This document shows, in pieces, positions 59,840-64,000 of a DNA stretch of 64,000 nt; positions within the stretch are counted from its first letter, which is position 1; each line of letters begins with the position of its first letter. This DNA comes from Mobula hypostoma (Eukaryota). Position numbers and translations under genes: made by a program. The stretch lies in the NCBI RefSeq assembly GCF_963921235.1, contig NC_086097.1, forward strand, positions 99,016,001 through 99,080,000. Reading direction: 5' to 3'. The notes beneath the pieces are model-generated. The model made no database searches and was not told the DNA's origin. It was given only the letters and a program-made list of their open reading frames with translations.

Positions 59840-60371
59840 CTAGAGGACAACACAAGGGGTGGATTAGACCCGGACACAGGGGACTGCTGGACAAAGAAAG
59901 CAGAGGCAGGAGTGGTCATCTGATGCATGTCCCTGCTTTACCATTAAGCCAACCGATCTTTTACCTCAGCATCACTTTCCAGCATTAGCCACACGCCTGG
60001 ACTCCAGCTGAGGAGCCATCCCTCCGAGAGCAAAGGTAGAGACAGAGTGGGAGTGGGCAAGGCGAAGGGTAGAGATGGAAATGGAAAGGCAGAAGGGAGA
60101 AACGGAGGTAAAGAGTGGAGAAGGAAGGCAACGAGGGTCAGGAGAGGGGTTGTGGACAGACGGATGGTGGTGCAAGGGAACAGTCATAGAGTAAATAATA
60201 ATGATGATTGCTTATTCAGATAGAGCACTTCTCACATAGGCAACGTAACTTTACAATGGGATAAAGTTCAGAGGGTGGACAGACTGATGAGGGGGGTGGA
60301 AGAGATGGGAGGACAGACCCAGAGTGGATGGATGATGAAGGAGCAAGGACAGACTGGGAGGAGTGGAGGTG

Positions 60372-63300
60372 CTGGACGGAGGAAGTGAGACAGGTGAAGG
60401 TATGCAGCGCGTGGACAGGAGGAGAATGAGACAGGTGAAGGTATGCAGCACGTGGACAGGAGGAGAATGAGACAGGTGAAGGTATGCAGCGCGTGGACAG
60501 GAGGAGAATGAGACAGGTGAAGGTATACACCGCGTGGACAGGAGGAGAATGAGACAGGTGAAGGTATGCAGTCCGTGCACAGAGGAACTAAGTCAGGTGA
60601 AGGTATGCAGCGCGTGGACAGGAGGAGAATGAGACAGGTGAAGGTATGCAGCGCGTGGACAGGAGGAGAATGAGACAGGTGAAGGTATGCAGCGCATGGA
60701 CAGAGGAAGTGAGACAGGTGAAGGTATACACCGCGTGGACAGGAGGAGAATGAGACAGGTGAAGGTATGCAGTCCGTGCACAGAGGAACTAAGTCAGGTG
60801 AAGGTATGCAGCGCGTGGACAGGAGGAGAATGAGACAGGTGAAGGTATGCAGTGCGTGGACAGAGGAAGTGAGACAGGTGAAGGTATGCAGCGCGTGGAC
60901 AGGGGAGTGAGACAGGTGAAGGTATCACGCGTGGACAGGAGGAGAATGAGACAGGTGAAGGTATGCAGGCGTGGACAGGAGGAGAATGAGACAGGTGAAG
61001 GTATGCAGCGCATGGACAGAGGAAGTGAGACAGGTGAAGGTATACACCGCGTGGACAGGAGGAGAATGAGACAGGTGAAGGTATGCAGTCCGTGCACAGA
61101 GGAACTAAGTCAGGTGAAGGTATGCAGCGCGTGGACAGGAGGAGAATGAGACAGGTGAAGGTATGCAGTGCGTGGACAGAGGAAGTGAGACAGGTGAAGG
61201 TATGCAGCGCGTGGACAGAGGGAGTGAGACAGGTGAAGGTATGCAGCGCGTGGACAGAGGAAGTGAGACAGGTGAAGGTATGCAGCACGTGGACAGAGAA
61301 AGTGAGACAGGTGAAGGTATGCAGCGCCTGGAGAGGAGGAGAATGAGACAGGTGAAGATATGCAGCGTGTGGACAGAGGGAGTGAGACAGGTGAAGGTAT
61401 GCAGAGCGTGGACAGTGGAAGTGAGACAGGTGAAGGTATGCAGCGCATGGACAGGAGGAGAATGAGACAGGTGAAGGTATACAGCGCGTGAACAGGAGGA
61501 GAATGAGACAGGTGAAGGTATGCAGCGCGTGGACAGAGGAAGTGAGACAGGTGAAGGTATGCAGCGCGTGGACAGAGGAAGTGAGACAGGTGAAGGTATG
61601 CAGCGCGTGGACAAAAGAAGTGAGACAGGTGAAGGTATACACCGCATGGACAGGAGGAGAATGAGACAGGTGAAGGTATGCAGCGCGTGGACAGGAGGAG
61701 AATGAGACAGGTGAAGGTATGCAGCACGTGGACAGAGGAAGTGAGACAGGTGAAGGTATGCAGCGCGTGGACAGAGGGAGTGAGACAGGTGAAGGTATGC
61801 AGCGCGTGGACAGAGGGAGTGAGACAGGTGAAGGTATGCAGCGCATGGACAGAGGGAGTGAGACAGGTGAAGGTATGCAGCGTGTGGACAGGAGGAGAAT
61901 AAGACAGGTGAAGGTATGCAGCGCGTGCACAGAGGAACTAAGTCAGGTGAAGGTATGCAGCGCGTGGACAGGAGGAGAATGAGACAGGTGAAGGTATGCA
62001 GCGCGTGTACAGAGGGAGTGAGACAGGTGAAGGTATGCAGCGCGTGGACAGAGGGAGTGAGACAGGTGAAGGTATACAGCGCGTGGACAGAGAAAGTGAG
62101 ACAGGTGAAGGTATGCAACGCGTGGACAGAGGAAGTGAGACAGGTGAAGGTATGCAGCGCGTGGACAGAGGGAGTGAGACAGGTGAAGGTATGCAGCGCG
62201 TGGACAGAGGAGGTGAGACAGGTGAAGGTATGCAGCGCGTGGACAGAGGGAGTGAGACAGGTGAAGGTATGCAGCGCGTGCACAGAGGAAGTGAGGCAGG
62301 TGAAGGTATTCAGCGCGTGGACAGGAGGAGAATGAGACAGGTGAAGGTATGCAGCGTGTGGACAGAGGGAGTGAGACAGGTGAAGGTATGCAGTGCGTGG
62401 ACAGAGGAAGTGAGACAGGTGAAGGTATGCAGCGCTTGGACAGAAGAAGTGAGACAGGTGAAGGTATACACCGCGTGGACTGGAGGAGAATGAGACAGGT
62501 GAAGGTATGCAGCGAGTGGACGGGAGGAGAATGAGACAGGTGAAGGTATGCAGTGCATGGACAGAGGAAGTGAGACAGGTGAAGGTATGCAGCGCGTGGA
62601 CAGGAGGAGAATGAGACAGGTGAAGGTATGCAGCGCGTGGACAGGAGGAGAATTTGACAGGTGAAGGTATGCAGTGCGTGGACAGAGGAAGTGAGACAGG
62701 TGAAGGTATACACCGCGTGGACAGGAGAAGAATGAGACAGGTGAAGGTATGCAGCGCGTGGACAGGAGGAGAATGAGACAGGTGAAGGTATGCAGCGCGT
62801 GCACAGAGGAAGTGAGTCAGGTGATGGTATGCAGCGCATGGACAGGAGGAGAATGAGACAGGTGAAAGGTATGCAGCGCGTGGACAGGAGCAGAATGAGA
62901 CAGGTGAAGGTATGCAGCGCGTGGACAGGAGGAGAATTAGACAGCTGAAGGTATGCAGCGAGTGGACAGAGGAAGTGAGACAGGTGAAGGTATGCAGCGC
63001 GTGGACAGAGGAAGTGAGACAGGTGAAGGTATGCAGCGCATGGAAAGAGGAAGTGAGGCAGGTGAAGGTATGCAGCGCGTGGACAGGGGAAGTGAGACAG
63101 GTGAAGGTATGCAGCGCGTGGACAGAGTAAGTGAGACAGGTGAAGGTATACAGCACGTGGACGGAGGAAGTGAGACAGGTGAAGGTATGCAGCACGTGGA
63201 CAGGAGGAGAATGAGACAGGTGAAGGTATACACTGCGTGGACAGGAGGAGAATGAGACAGGTGAAGGTATGCAGCGCGTGGACAGGAGGAGAATGAGACA

Positions 63301-64000
63301 GGTGAAGGTATGTAGCGCGTGGACAGAGGAAGTGAGACAGGTGAAGGTATGCAGCGCGTGTACAGAGGGAGAGAGACAGGTGAAGGTATGCAGCGCGTAG
63401 ACAGAGGGAGTGAGACAGGTGAAGGTATGCAGCGCGTGGACAGAGGGAGTGAGACAGGTGAAGGTATGCAACGCGTGGACAGAGGAAGTGAGACAGGTGT
63501 AGGTATGCAGCGCGTGGACAGGAGTAGACTGAGACAGGTGAAGGTATGCAGCGCGTGCACAGAGGAAGTGAGACAGGTGAAGGTATGCAGCGCTTGGACA
63601 GGAGGAGAATGAGACAGGTGAAGGTATGCAGCACGTGGACAGAGGAAGTGAGACAGTTGAAGGAATGCAGCGCGTGGACAGAGGAACTGAGACAGGTGAA
63701 GCTTGGCAGCGCGTGGACAGGAGGAGAATGAGACAGGTGAAGGTATGCAGCACGTGGACAGAGGAAGTGAGACAGGTGAACGTATGCAGCGCGTGGACAG
63801 GAGGAGAATGAGACAGGTGAAGGTATGCAGCGCGTGGACAGAGGAAGTGAGACAGGTGAAGGTATGCAGCACGTGGACAGAGAAAGTGAGACAGGTGAAG
63901 GTATGCAGCGCCTGGAGAGGAGGAGAATGAGACAGGTGAAGATATGCAGCGTGTGGACAGAGGGAGTGAGACAGGTGAAGGTATGCAGAGCGTGGACAGT
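60372..64000. repeat. 39/41-bp minisatellite (GAGACAGGTGAAGGTATGCAGCGCGTGGACAG + AGGAAGT or GAGGAGAAT); runs off the window end
   Basis: Two interspersed unit lengths read directly. Confidence 0.97.

Noticed and set aside
60216..63930. Long ORFs up to 882 aa in the 39/41-bp array
   Set aside because: Open in several overlapping frames on both strands because of the repeat composition.

Overview
Eukaryotic (vertebrate) genomic DNA; the repeat families suggest a shark or ray, which is an inference. The window lies entirely inside a large minus-strand spectrin gene, most likely SPTBN5 (beta-V spectrin). Thirteen exons (59839 down to 1905) splice in frame into 594 stop-free codons of spectrin repeats, and one intron appears to be GC-AG. 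Three introns are 9-18 kb and hold several G-rich minisatellite arrays, some with higher-order structure. One of them also holds a Gypsy LTR remnant (5-bp TSD) with a near-full-length CR1 LINE nested inside it. Old CR1, L2, Rex, RTE, Tc1, SINE and Penelope-type fragments are scattered throughout. The most interesting observations are: (1) a U_UUA_AAC slippery heptamer directly before the CR1 ORF1 stop, which would join ORF1 to an AUG-less ORF2 by -1 frameshifting; (2) minimal hammerhead-ribozyme motifs in introns, in the sense orientation of the pre-mRNA; (3) a GC-rich open frame of about 1.4 kb in an intron, ending at an in-phase splice donor, which is a candidate unannotated exon. Exon coordinates were read by hand from splice sites; boundaries of old repeats are approximate.
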